From Tubulanus polymorphus (Eukaryota; Animalia; Nemertea): a stretch of DNA of 64,000 nt. Under the pieces are notes generated by a model. The model saw only the letters and a program-made list of their open reading frames with translations. It was not told where the DNA came from and did not search any database. Below are positions 1 to 11,051 of this stretch, piece after piece. The translations under genes and the position numbers were made by a program. The stretch covers positions 11,172,962-11,236,961 of the forward strand of contig NC_134034.1 of NCBI RefSeq assembly GCF_964204645.1, given 5' to 3'. How positions within the stretch are numbered: the stretch's first letter is position 1; every line of letters begins with the position of its first letter.

Positions 1-326
1 TTACCGGTAGTCTATCTATGAACCTAATAAAGAAGTGGCAGAGAGTTCCTAAACCGGAAGAAACCTGCCTAATCAAGTGTTCATTAAAACACAAAATTCC
101 TCTCCTCCTCCTGGTGCTATTGTAGGTACCAGGGATAAAAGAAAAAAAAAACAACAAAAAATTACTCAATATAATTTTATTAATAAATAAATAATTTAAT
201 CATGGTAAATCAATGGTTTGAACTTCAGATGAAATAACAAGGTGCTTTATGATTAAAATGAAATATATAATCTTTCAAATTTCAAATTACACGCTATAAC
301 AATTAACGCAGCCTACACCTCCCGAA

Positions 327-581
327 TATGGGGTGGATCCAGGGTCTGATTCAGAGAGGAGTGCACCCCTTAATAGGGCGTATAAATTAAATGGGCACCC
401 CAAAGAAATTTCATCAGAAAGCATTTTCAGGTTTTTTTTTTTGAATTACGGAGAGAAGCTTAAATGAATCTGAACTTTTTTGGAATCAATTTAATGTTTT
501 TCGTTTTCCCGCATAATTTCAGGGTAACTTGACATTTTTAGGGGGTGCTTCCCCTGCACCCTCCCCTCGGATCCACCCCTG
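327..581. mobile_element. Degenerate MITE with GGGGTGGATCC...GGATCCACCCCTG ends
   Basis: Short terminal inverted repeats. Related GGCGGATCCAGGG motifs occur near 18810, 20872 and 52578. No clear TSD. Confidence 0.5.
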
Positions 582-604
582 CAAATTCGCTCTCTGTCCG
601 GGTG

Positions 605-1981
605 TTAAGATCCAGCAGCTGCTGTCGCCGCGGTAACTGCTGCAGCCGCTGCCGCTTTTTTCGTCGCTTGCAGCTGCAAACTTTTATACAAACGTTTCAA
701 CTGTAATTTACGATCGTTCCAACAACCGAGGAACGAATTCGTCAAAAACGCCGGGTTACTCAACGTGTCGATGCCCCCTTCGTTAAACATCACCGGGCCG
801 TCGTCCCAAATCATATCGAACCCACCGACGCGTCTCTCTTTACCCGTCAATCGACCTTCCATGTCGATGACGTTCATCACGTCGTCTAGGAGACCGTATT
901 TCAGGTCGTAGTCCTCCTTGCTGCTGGCGGTCAGCGACGGCGACGCATTAACCTCGATCAACCACGGCTTCAAACCGCGATTGAGCAGAATATCGTAACC
1001 GTAGAGCTCGAAACAATGCTTGTCGTTGATCATCGTTTTTTGAACGCTTTGCAGACTTTTGACGAATATATCGTCGATCGCGCGGAAACACCGTTCGACG
1101 GCTTCGACGCCGTGATGCGCCGTGAGGTAACCGCGTAGTTGTCGCACCGACCACTTACAACCTTTCTCCGGATCGTAGTCGGGCGCCGTTTTCTGAATGG
1201 CGACGTTCGTCAAGTGCACGTAGTTGTCGTCGATCGAATCGAGCGAGAATCGCGTGTTGGAGAATCGCGCGAATCCGCCGCGGTAAAGCCACGCGCGAAG
1301 CGGTACGTACGACGTAACCAGGACGTAAACGCGAAGGTCGAATTTTCGACCGCCGATCAGATACGGATCGTCGATATAACGCTGTACGACGTACGTCTCC
1401 GGACCCGGGTTATTCGGATCGCTCGGCTGACTGAACGTCTCGCCTTTCTTCCAGTCGATTATATCCTTCAATTTGCGGAACAAGAATATCCCTTTACCCT
1501 GCGCCTTGGCGACCGGTTTCATAATCCAAATTTGTCCGGGCTTCTTTTTGAATTCTTCGACGAAAATATGATATTCGGACGGAACTTCGAATGTCGTCGG
1601 GAAAAAATCGCATTTCTGCGCCTCGACCTTTCCGTGCTCGCGTTCGATTTGTTTGCGCATTCGCTTCAGGTTTTTCACCATCAGATTTTTACGCGTCAAT
1701 TCGTAGTGATTGCGAAAGTGGCAAAGTTTCATGTGCTCTTCCAAGTACGAATGGTCGAAGTATTCTTTCATCCAGATGACATCGCACCAGTAGATATCCC
1801 AGTCGCTGCCGCCGCCGCTGCTGTCGCTGGGAACTTCCTGCCAACCGCGACCGCGCAACACGTCCAATATCGTGTTCGTAAAACCGCATTTGAATCTGAC
1901 GACTCCGCCGCGATCGGCCGCCGCTATTTTCCGCGGCCCTCCCCGACCCGTATACGTCGACGTTTTCGACTGCTTCGACAT
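605..1981 (-). CDS. TTLL9: Tubulin polyglutamylase TTLL9, 458 aa, coding region in a single exon
   Basis: Uninterrupted ORF with TTL-family motifs [66 protein letters not shown] and [10 protein letters not shown]...[11 protein letters not shown]. The N-terminal domain and the C-terminal RVGGFD segment match the TTLL9 subfamily as I recall it. Confidence 0.92.
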   Translation of the reverse strand: MSKQSKTSTYTGRGGPRKIAAADRGGVVRFKCGFTNTILDVLRGRGWQEVPSDSSGGGSDWDIYWCDVIWMKEYFDHSYLEEHMKLCHFRNHYELTRKNLMVKNLKRMRKQIEREHGKVEAQKCDFFPTTFEVPSEYHIFVEEFKKKPGQIWIMKPVAKAQGKGIFLFRKLKDIIDWKKGETFSQPSDPNNPGPETYVVQRYIDDPYLIGGRKFDLRVYVLVTSYVPLRAWLYRGGFARFSNTRFSLDSIDDNYVHLTNVAIQKTAPDYDPEKGCKWSVRQLRGYLTAHHGVEAVERCFRAIDDIFVKSLQSVQKTMINDKHCFELYGYDILLNRGLKPWLIEVNASPSLTASSKEDYDLKYGLLDDVMNVIDMEGRLTGKERRVGGFDMIWDDGPVMFNEGGIDTLSNPAFLTNSFLGCWNDRKLQLKRLYKSLQLQATKKAAAAAAVTAATAAAGS

Positions 1982-2923
1982 TTTAACAATTCACCTTCAA
2001 CCCGTCTTTTAAACGAACCCCCATATATGGATGATTACAGTTTTTAAAGGCGTCAAAACTGGTGGAATTTGCCACTAATTCAACGCTTTTGCGATGGTCG
2101 TTAGGGACGCCATTGTGATGCGTATTCGTTCACGGACGGGTTCGGCCGGTCGCAACTTATGGAGCGAGGGTCGAAACCCACATTTCTTCTCACGCTCGGC
2201 GACGAGCCGCGCACATCCGACACCGGGCGGTGTTTCGTCGAAGCAGGGAAGTGTGATGATCTCATCACACTTCCCTGGTCGAAGACTCAAATTTCAAACG
2301 TCTCAACAAATCCGTTTTCTCCTTGCCAGGGGCGTAGCCAGAAGGATATAAAATTTTCTGAGTGCCATTTTTCATTTTGTCAACGAGGATAATTGGTGGA
2401 TTTCAGTGCAGAGCGACCCCTTCATGATGTATTGTGATAAACCGTCCTTGGGCTTCTGGATTTGCCTCTGCTTGCAATGATCAAATCAAAACCTCTCGAA
2501 AATAATCAAAACCCCTCAAAAATAAAACGAAAACAACACTAAAATTTCGTATTAGCATTGTATATATATATCTATATATATATTCAGATGCATATATTAT
2601 ATTATCAGCAATTTATATTTTTCATGTCCCATAAATCTTTTTTTGTATTAAAAACCTTCATCCAATGATGATAAAAAATCTCTCTCTCTCTCTCTCTCTT
2701 GTTTTTTTAAAACGAAATTTCAGAAGAAGAAAACGAAAAGTCGATTTCAAAATAGAATTGATATGAAAACATGCACAAACAGAAATTGATGATGAAGTCA
2801 CATCCTCCTAAAACTGCAGCAGCATAAGCACATTAAATGTAAATACGTCGTTGATTATTAGCAATTACAACAATTAAAACCGTTTGTATTCCTAAAACTA
2901 AACTTATTGCTTTGTGGCAAATA

Positions 2924-3036
2924 GCATCCTCGCTTGCCAGGGTTTGATTGCCTCTCGCCAGACGCGAAAACCCTGGCCGCGGCAGACGGGCTTTACCTTC
3001 GGCGAGAGGCGATCAAACCCTGGCAAGCGAGGATGC
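2924..3036. mobile_element. Hairpin MITE with 36-bp near-perfect inverted arms
   Basis: gcatcctcgcttgccagggtttgattgcctctcgcc ... ggcgagaggcgatcaaaccctggcaagcgaggatgc. Confidence 0.75.
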
Positions 3037-3224
3037 GCAAATAAATGACTGTTTGCCTCCAATGATCCATCAGCATTTGAAGACCCCTGATCCAGGACTC
3101 AGTTCCAGAGTTTACATTTAACTCATTGAAAATGAACTAACTCTACGTCAGAATGACCCAGTGTCAAATCTCAACTGAGAACCATGGATCCGAGAACCCG
3201 AGGCTAGTTGCATAATCAGGGCTC

Positions 3225-3800
3225 AGACTTAAGACCAGTCTAAGATCATTTTAGTTCTACAGCCAATCTAACAACTTAACACCAGTCCAAGACCAACTTA
3301 GTACTATAGCCAAGCCAAATTTAGTTCTATATCCAATCTAACAACGTAAGACCAGTCTAAACTCATTTTTGGCGCTACGGTCAATCTAACAACTTAAGAC
3401 CAGTCTAAGCTTATTTTGGCTCTACGGTCATTCTAACAACTTATGACCAGTCTTAGCTCATTTTAGTTCTATAGCCAATCTAACAACTTAACACCAGTCA
3501 AAGACCAACTTAGTACTATAGCCAATCCAACTTTAGTTCTATATCCAATCTAACAACTTAAGACCAGTCTAAACTCATTTTTGGCTCTACGGTCAATCTA
3601 ACAACTTATGACCAGTCTTAGCTCATTTTGGTTCTGTAGCCAATCTAACAACTTAAGACCAGTCTAAACTCATTTTTGGCTCTACGGTCAATCTAACAAC
3701 TTATGACCAGTCTAGGCTAATTTTGGTTCTGTAGCCAATCTAAGATCTTATGAACATTCTAAGCTCACTTCGGTTCTACAACCAATCAATCATCTTAGTC
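3225..3800. repeat. ~45-bp minisatellite (ttagttctatagccaatctaacaacttaagaccagtctaagctcatt)
   Basis: About 12 degenerate tandem units. The same family occurs in reverse orientation at ~32515-32650 and ~61730-62030. Confidence 0.9.
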
Positions 3801-3985
3801 ATGACTGTACAACCAGCCCGAGGAGGATCATTTTCAATATCATTACCCCAGTAAAATAACATGCACATATATCTTACACATTCATTCAGAGAATGAAAAA
3901 CCGCTCCCAATAATTAGAAGAAAAAAAAAACCGGAAAAAAATTTATTACATCTTCACAACATGTCATGATCGTAAAAACAATAGT

Positions 3986-3998
3986 GTTGCTTGGCAAC
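3986..3998. promoter_or_regulatory. Candidate RFX X-box (GTTGCTTGGCAAC) upstream of TTLL9
   Basis: Palindromic match to the RFX consensus, 2 kb upstream of a ciliary gene. Motif match only. Confidence 0.4.
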
Positions 3999-4111
3999 GA
4001 TAACGCCACATTTTCAACAATTGATATTTTTCTAAAAATCGGATATAAAAACGTCGACGAATTCTACTATTTACGCGTTTCGCTACGTACGAGTATAATC
4101 ACGTAAATATT

Positions 4112-4128
4112 CGCCACTAGGTGGCAGC
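4112..4128 (+). promoter_or_regulatory. Candidate CTCF site (CGCCACTAGGTGGCAGC)
   Basis: Close match to the CTCF core consensus, lying between TTLL9 and the zinc-finger gene. Motif match only. Confidence 0.5.
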
Positions 4129-4930
4129 TCATGCACGATTCGACGATTATTGATTATTATTATTGATTATTGCGATAATGTATGAAGTAAATGCCGAAAT
4201 AAAATGTCATTAAACATATTTACACAAAATACAGGTGACGAAATCCCCGTCACAAGATACGCCGGATCCAGTTCCACAGTTTTGCGAGATAGTTTTAGTT
4301 TACCGAGTTGAAATCAGTTTAAACTTAATACAACAGGTTCAAAGTGTTGAGTTGAGGCTGTGGGATAAGTCATAAAGGCACTTTTTCGATAGGAAATGTA
4401 CCAAGTAAGCACTTTTTAAGCACTTTTGCAAGACAGCCAGCAGAGACACTCGCGAGAAAGCCAGCGTTCTTATCTACAATGTGAATCTTTGAATCTATGG
4501 TCGGAAAAAAATTTGGGATACCGAAAGTCAAAAGTAAGCGCTTTGGAAGCATTTTGAAATTTGTGTGAAAATTAAGTACACTTTCTAAAGCCCTTTCTAA
4601 ATATTTTTTTTTTCGAAAGCACTTTTAAGCACTTATGGGAGACTAGCTATGAATCTTTGTAACATCGAGTAAACTGATAACCCCGTGGAACTGGATCCTG
4701 ACTTATAGAACACGGTCATGGAAGGGTTGTATTCGACTCGGTCGATCCGACTCTGAACGAAGATTTTTGCAGATATGATTTCTAACACCCAGGATCCAGT
4801 TCATAGTTGTGAGTTAAGATTTGACTCATTCAAAACAGGGTTGTTGCGGGTATTCCAATTTCATTTCCATAACTTGTCTGTACCCAGACAATAAAATTTC
4901 TTTACCCTAAGTTACACATCCCTAACCTAA

Positions 4931-5288
4931 AGCCTAGCGCACATCGACACTGCGATTGGAGACAACTAGTTGCTACCTAACGATTACCCCGCGCACATCG
5001 AAATCTAGTTACAACCGGTCAGTTGCAGCAACTGCATGGCGCGTGTCGATCGTCGAGATCCAGAGCGCGCACATCGACGGATATGACTGCGATTGAGTAC
5101 AACCAATTGCTCAAAAGTAGAACATGGGCAACTGGCTGGAACTGGAGATAGATCGACGCTTACCAATCGTAAGCTCGCTCACATCGACACATTCAAGCAA
5201 CTGATCGTATCCAGCCAGTTCCTCTCATGCGCCGAAAACTGCCTTGCAACTAGTTGTCTCCAATCGCAGTGTCGATGTGTGCTAGGCT
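4931..5288. mobile_element. PIF/Harbinger-type MITE
   Basis: ~43-bp TIRs (agcctagcgcacatcgacactgcgattggagacaactagttgc / gcaactagttgtctccaatcgcagtgtcgatgtgtgctaggct) flanked by TAA on both sides. Confidence 0.85.
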
Positions 5289-5759
5289 TAAAACAGGCAA
5301 TAAAGGCCCAGTCAAAGCAAACACTGCAAGTGCCAATAGTGATACTATTGACAATGTGTTTTCATAAAGTTTGTTATATGAATTGTATAGCAAGACATTT
5401 AGGCATATAGCCTAAAATAAGATGGACAAATTTATTTTGAGACCATTTTCTGATTTTCCATACCCATAGAGAGTGAAAAAAAAACAAACAAAATTTCCAT
5501 CACTTTTCAAGGGCCTGGAAAAAGAAATTCACAAGTTCCAAAACCCACGACTAAAATGAACTAATTTTAACTCAAACTGTGGAATCGGATCCCAAAGTTT
5601 TTCGATGTAGCCCAATTCTGCAATTGACGAAATATTCAACCTATTAGTTAATCGTCTAACAGTTTCAGGATTTCAGTTTCTAAACTGCATCATCAGAGTA
5701 AATTTCACTTAAACACCGTTGTAAATAGTTGAGTTGTTTCCAGTCGTGATGAATACCGT

Positions 5760-5916
5760 ATTGAGAGAAACCCACGATATCAATTCGAGCAACTGTTATT
5801 ATTTCGGATTTTTCCACCCATCTTCCGAGTTTATTTGAAAAAAAAAAAAATCATTTTCAAAAAGGAAAAAAAACCAATAACAGTTGCTTAAATTGATATT
5901 GTGGGTTTTTCTCAAT
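5760..5916. repeat. Palindromic MITE-like element
   Basis: attgagagaaacccacgatatcaattcgagcaactgttatt ... aataacagttgcttaaattgatattgtgggtttttctcaat. Confidence 0.65.
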
Positions 5917-6541
5917 GATAAACCTAACATTGCTAATAACTATGTACTTCTTTTAAAAGTTTTGAAAGAAGGTTTCTAGTTTCCCCTTTTCTCTTTCGAT
6001 TGGTGGATTTTAGACTTTTGTATCAAGTTATACAATGACTTGTCTACTTACTTTAAGTCTACTTTAACAACTTTTCAAAGCAACTTAACAACTTTTAACG
6101 AAGTCTACTCCGAGGGCATCCCCCCGTCGGGTACAGAGCTCTTACGGCTCTTACGGCTCGGGGATGTCCTCCTCAAATATGTAAATTTTCAATTAACATG
6201 TAGTAATCGAAGAAAATTTTTATACCCATGTTCACATACTTGAGAAAATAAATTCATTCATTCATTCATAACAACCCATCCACCAAAAAAAAACCGGGGC
6301 GATAAAACCAGCGGCTAGATTCGTATCCATTTCAAATATCGTTTTAATCCGATACCAGACACCGGGTGAAATTCAACATGAAAATGCAGGCAAACAAAAC
6401 AAAGAAATAAACGTTATATTGCAATGATTTTTTTTTCAGGAAGGCAACCGATTATGTAAGGGGCTGAAGCTTTCCTACATTGTTAAGTATCAATAGACAT
6501 AAGCGAGATAATAGACATTCACGAAACAAAGTCACCGGTAA

Positions 6542-6822
6542 CCTTTTAGGCGCGTCTGCACCGCAGTGCGGTGTATAAATTAGTGATGAACTTTGCCAGT
6601 ACACAACATCGCGGCGTATTGATGTTATTAGTTTTTATCTCTTTTGAAAGATGGCAGTAACTTATGATCATGGTGAAATATTAGTAACTAACGATACACC
6701 GCGCCGCGGTGTAGACGCACTATAGCGGTATGCCCGTTATTCAACACACTGGGGTGGAATTTTTTAAAATTTTCAAATTATCTCCAGCACTATATGGTAT
6801 TGATTAGTCAGCACTGAAAGGG
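6542..6822. mobile_element. piggyBac-type MITE (same family as 12703-12964)
   Basis: Ends in ...gcactgaaagggTTAA and contains internal tacaccgcNNNgcggtgta palindromes. Closely similar to 12703-12964. Confidence 0.8.
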
Positions 6823-6948
6823 TTAAGAACAAATCACATTGCAATCAAATTGCAATCTCAGACATTTTCGTTGGATCATTTTTTTCCGCGTTTTTGGAGC
6901 CGAAATCAACTCAATATTCAGCCGTTCAACGAGCGGAATAACTAAACT

Positions 6949-9900
6949 TCAGTTACCGGACTCCGTTACGGAACAAACAGCCGTGATCAACAACTGTTCC
7001 TCAGAGGCGGCAGGGGTTAGTTCATTATCCTCGTCTCCGTATCGCTCGACAGAGCCACCCATTATTTGCGGTTGCGGAATGAATTCACAATCGCCGGAAT
7101 TCGACGTAGCAGCAGACGCGTTAATCGTCTGATCACCATTGCCCGGACCCGTGGTGCCATCTATTGTCTGCGGCGATATCGTCATAGATCGTGTTTCGGC
7201 GTCGTTAACAATAACGCCCCCTATAGGAACCATGGTAGCTACCGATTCACCGTTATTCGCGATGTCGTCGTCCTGTTGCGAAATCAGCGCCGAAACGGCT
7301 CCGCGAATTTCATCGTTTTCTTCCTCCTCTTTACCGCCACTGCCAGGTGGCAACAGCAGTGCAGCATTACCGCCACCAGGTGGCAGCGACGCATCCTCGT
7401 CGACGGACAGAACATGAACTAACGATGGGATATCTCCGGCCGTCGCGGTCGAGAACGATTCCGAGACAGACGTGGTGGCGCCACCTACCGGTGATACATC
7501 TAACATGATCGGCGATGCCGTGAACTCCGACTGCAGCGCCACGTCCGTACCGATATTCCTGCTGTCGTCATCGTCGCCATGGCGATCAGCCTCGATTACC
7601 GAATTGATCACCGATTCAACGTGTTGCAGAGTCTCGTGGTTACGATTATCGTTGACACCAGGGGGCGCTGTACCGTGACCGGCGGCCGACGCGACGATGA
7701 CGAGTTTTCCGTCGTGAAACGTCGCCGAGCTCCCCCCGGCTCCGCTCATGACGACCAGACCCTCGTTTCCTCCTCCTCCGCACGTGCTCAGTACCTCACT
7801 ACCGCTGACAACGAGGTGCATCGCGTCCGGGTTACCGTGGGAACCGGGCGGAAGCACAATACTGATCGGTCGTTGCGTGGAGGTCGTAGGCGGCGCCACC
7901 GGAACGGTCAGATCGCCGTCGGACGGGAATTCCGCGTTCAACATGGCCGCCGTCGTCGCCGCGGTGATGGCCTTCTGTTCGGCGACGTGATGCGTTTTGA
8001 CATGCTCGTGAAGCAGGTCCTCGCTCGCGAAAACCGTCTTACAATACAAACAACTGAAACTACACGTCGTCGCCACGGATACTCCGCCTGTCTGCACGTC
8101 AACAGACGAATCACCTCGGTGAGTCTTCGCGTGAATCTTCAACAATCCGAGATTCCCGAATCCCTTGCCGCAACCGCACACGTACGGACGCTCGCCGCCG
8201 TGTACTTTCATGTGCGCGGTCAGGTTGCCGCGGTTGATGAACGTCGACGAGCAGACGTTACACTGGTGCGGACGCGCCGACACCGTCGACGTATCGTGAC
8301 TCGATTTCACGTGTCGGTGCAGGTCGACGCGCGACGCGAACTCCGTCGCGCAAACCCCGCAGCGGAATCTCGCCGGCGGCGACTGCGTCGGAGTCTTCGA
8401 CGGCATCGTCGACGTCGCCGTTGTCACGGCGACGCCGCAGCAATGTTTCTCGAATAAATGCTTCTGCAGACCCTCGTTGTCGCTGAACGAAGCGCCGCAC
8501 GACGAACACTCAAACGATTTACGCGCGGTGTGCGTCAATAGGTGGCGCTGATAGCCGCCGTTGTGGGTGAATACACGACCGCAGTATTGACACGTGTAGC
8601 GGTCGGACGCGTGCGTTTTGATGTGCAATTTCAGGAACTTGACCTTCGTGAACTCGCGGTTGCAGAAACTGCACTGAACCGGTTTGCCGGGTTCCTCGAC
8701 CGGGATGTATTTATCTAGATCATTCGAATCTGAAAAATAGCGAAATCAATTTAGAGATCTCAATTAACCACTGATATTCCTAGAGGTAACTATGGCATGT
8801 AGTGAGGATCCACCGGGTGTCGCTAGTGTGCTGTAGCAAATCAACTACTGCAGCAATAGATTCCACTTATGGGTAGTGAGGATCCACCAGGTGTCGCTAG
8901 TGTGCTGTAGCAAATCAACTACTGCAGCAATAGATTCCACTTATGGGTAGTGAGGATCCACCAGGTGTCGCTAGTGTGCTGTAGCAAATCAACTACTGCA
9001 GCAATAGATTCCACTTATGGCAAGTGAGGATCCACCAGGTGATGCAGTAGGACATCAACTACTAGTGAGGATCCACCAGGTGTCGCTAGTGAGCAGAGTG
9101 AAATCAAAGGCGAATTTATCTTGTCAAATCAGATTCGATTTTCCTAATCATAATTTGCTAGTCGCCTGTAATCTAATCAAATAAGATTTGCACAACAGGA
9201 TGAATTTGACGCCTTGTTCCAAACGGCTGACAAGAAAATACTGTCCCACTTTTTAAAATATTTTTTCCTAATAATGAGTTTCAGGTTTCTTTTTCAGTTT
9301 TGACATTTATATCACTGTTTTTCGAAAACAATTTGTGAGTCTAACATCTTCAAATTGTATCAAATCACCTACGGGGGTGATTAGATGATTTGACAAATAG
9401 ATTTGAATTTGATACCATGTTAAATTAAAAAATTAGATCAAATTTAATTATGACAAGATAATAACGATTTTACTTAAATCAAATTTGATTTGACGTGATA
9501 AATTCGCCTCAACTTCTGCAGCAATAGAGAATTCCACTTGTGGCAAGTGAGGACCCACCAGGCGTCGCTATAATTACCTGGTATTTTTAGCACTTCTGAT
9601 TGGTTGATCGAGTTTTGAATTGAAGGCGATGAGACACAATCCGGAACCATCTGAAAAATACAAAATAGATTTCAATTTGAATAAGAAGATGCTAATTTTC
9701 AATCTATGATTCAGCTATCGCCACCTGGGGGCGATACTCGTACCTGTGAAGTCACGATTACGTATTCAGCGCCGTTTGAACTAGATTTCTGGCCGTCTAT
9801 CTCCATGGCGACAGTGGAAGCCGGGTTGATAACAACCGATGCTTTCGGAGACTGAACATCACCGGATAGTATCACTGATACTTCATCGTTGCTATGGCGA

Positions 9901-10683
9901 CGTTTCTTAGCGACGAGCTTCGGATCGAGGCTAATAACGGGATTCTGAAAAATTATTTGAAAATCGTCTAAAATATTTTTGCGATGAAATTCAGAGGCAA
10001 GTTGAACATATTGTACGCCGGGGGTGGAGGGATGAGCGATACCACCAGCTATTTTCCGGCAGGGGTATAGGTAGGGTAAGAGATGAAGAGTTGAGTTCAT
10101 AATGTTGGTAGTAATAATGTAAGCGAGTAGGGTGAGTACAACCGCCAAATAAAACGCCCGAATTTTCAGCTCCGTTTCTCAAACCCTCTACCAAACTCTC
10201 TTCTGCATCCTTTTATAATATGCATACGTAATCAGTGCGATCATCAGCCAATCAGAATGGAATAACATCATTTACAGCTCCATCAATGTTGTCTGTTTCA
10301 TATTGATAAACTGGCAATGCTTCAAACTTGTCTACGGCTAAAAAGCGGCCTAACTAACTCATCTCTTTGGCCTAACTCTTAGAGGCTATAACTCTTTTGA
10401 GCAGACTTGAGTATGGCCTGGGTGATGATGATGATGCTGTCAAACTCAGTCAAAAAGTGACCAGGATTTTTTATCTAAATGAAGACATAATCAAATGGCA
10501 GAATGGGACCTTCTTGTGTGTGTTGACTTTAATAAAAATGTTGGCTTCCTTTCATTTTGGCTATTTTCTTCCGTGGACTTCTCGTCGTGTGGCGGAGTGT
10601 GAGTGGTTTTTTATTTAGTGGTTTTTTGGCTTGAAATTTAGCGTTGATTCGAGAAGAAAGGAATGAATTACCTCCATATCCAT
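6949..10683 (-). CDS. C2H2 zinc-finger protein with 7 fingers and an acidic low-complexity C-terminus; exons ~10672-10683, 9744-9944, 9578-9650, 6949-8729
   Basis: Splice phases join in frame: MDME|NPVISLDPK...|MVPDCVSS...KIP|DSNDLDK.... Fingers: CSFC..HIKTH, CQYC..HLLTH, CSSC..HLFEKH, CGVC..HVKSSH, CNVC..HMKVH, CGC..HAKTH, CLYC..HVKTH. Possible NLS KKRRH. Confidence 0.85.
8800..9572 (+). repeat. 74-bp intronic tandem repeat carrying CCACCAGGTGTCGCTA, interrupted by a MITE
   Basis: GTGAGGATCCACC-type unit starts at 8802, 8876, 8950, 9024, 9065 and 9547. Confidence 0.9.
9108..9509. mobile_element. PIF/Harbinger-type MITE inserted into the 74-bp repeat
   Basis: TIRs aggcgaatttatcttgtcaaatc / gatttgacgtgataaattcgcct with a 3-bp CAA TSD. 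Removing the element restores the repeat unit (aaatcaa|cttctgcagc). Confidence 0.8.
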
Positions 10684-11051
10684 CTGAGTTGTAGCTTTCC
10701 TCGTCGTCAATTCAATTACAACCAGTCGGCCACATTTTACAATTCGTACAGCTGAATTTTTAACGTCGAGACGGAAATTTTTTACACATCTTTTTGTTCT
10801 CCACAAATCACCATTACAGTCGACCGGTGCTGCCACCTGTCAGCATCGCGCTAAATACCGACGAGAAACTACCGCCGTTGAATTGTTCATCGGGTTCGAG
10901 CCCCGATAAAACCACACTGCCCGAACGAGTGGTTGATTGAACCAATATTATATTCAATACCCACAATCAACCGTGGCCCCGTCGGAATTTAACTCTTTTG
11001 AGATAAAACTTTGCCATTGAGTAATTCAAACTTAACCATAGCTGCATGTGG

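Noticed and set aside
7066-8509. Plus-strand and alternative-frame ORFs over the zinc-finger exon
   Set aside because: These are shadows of a GC-rich coding exon, with no recognisable domains.
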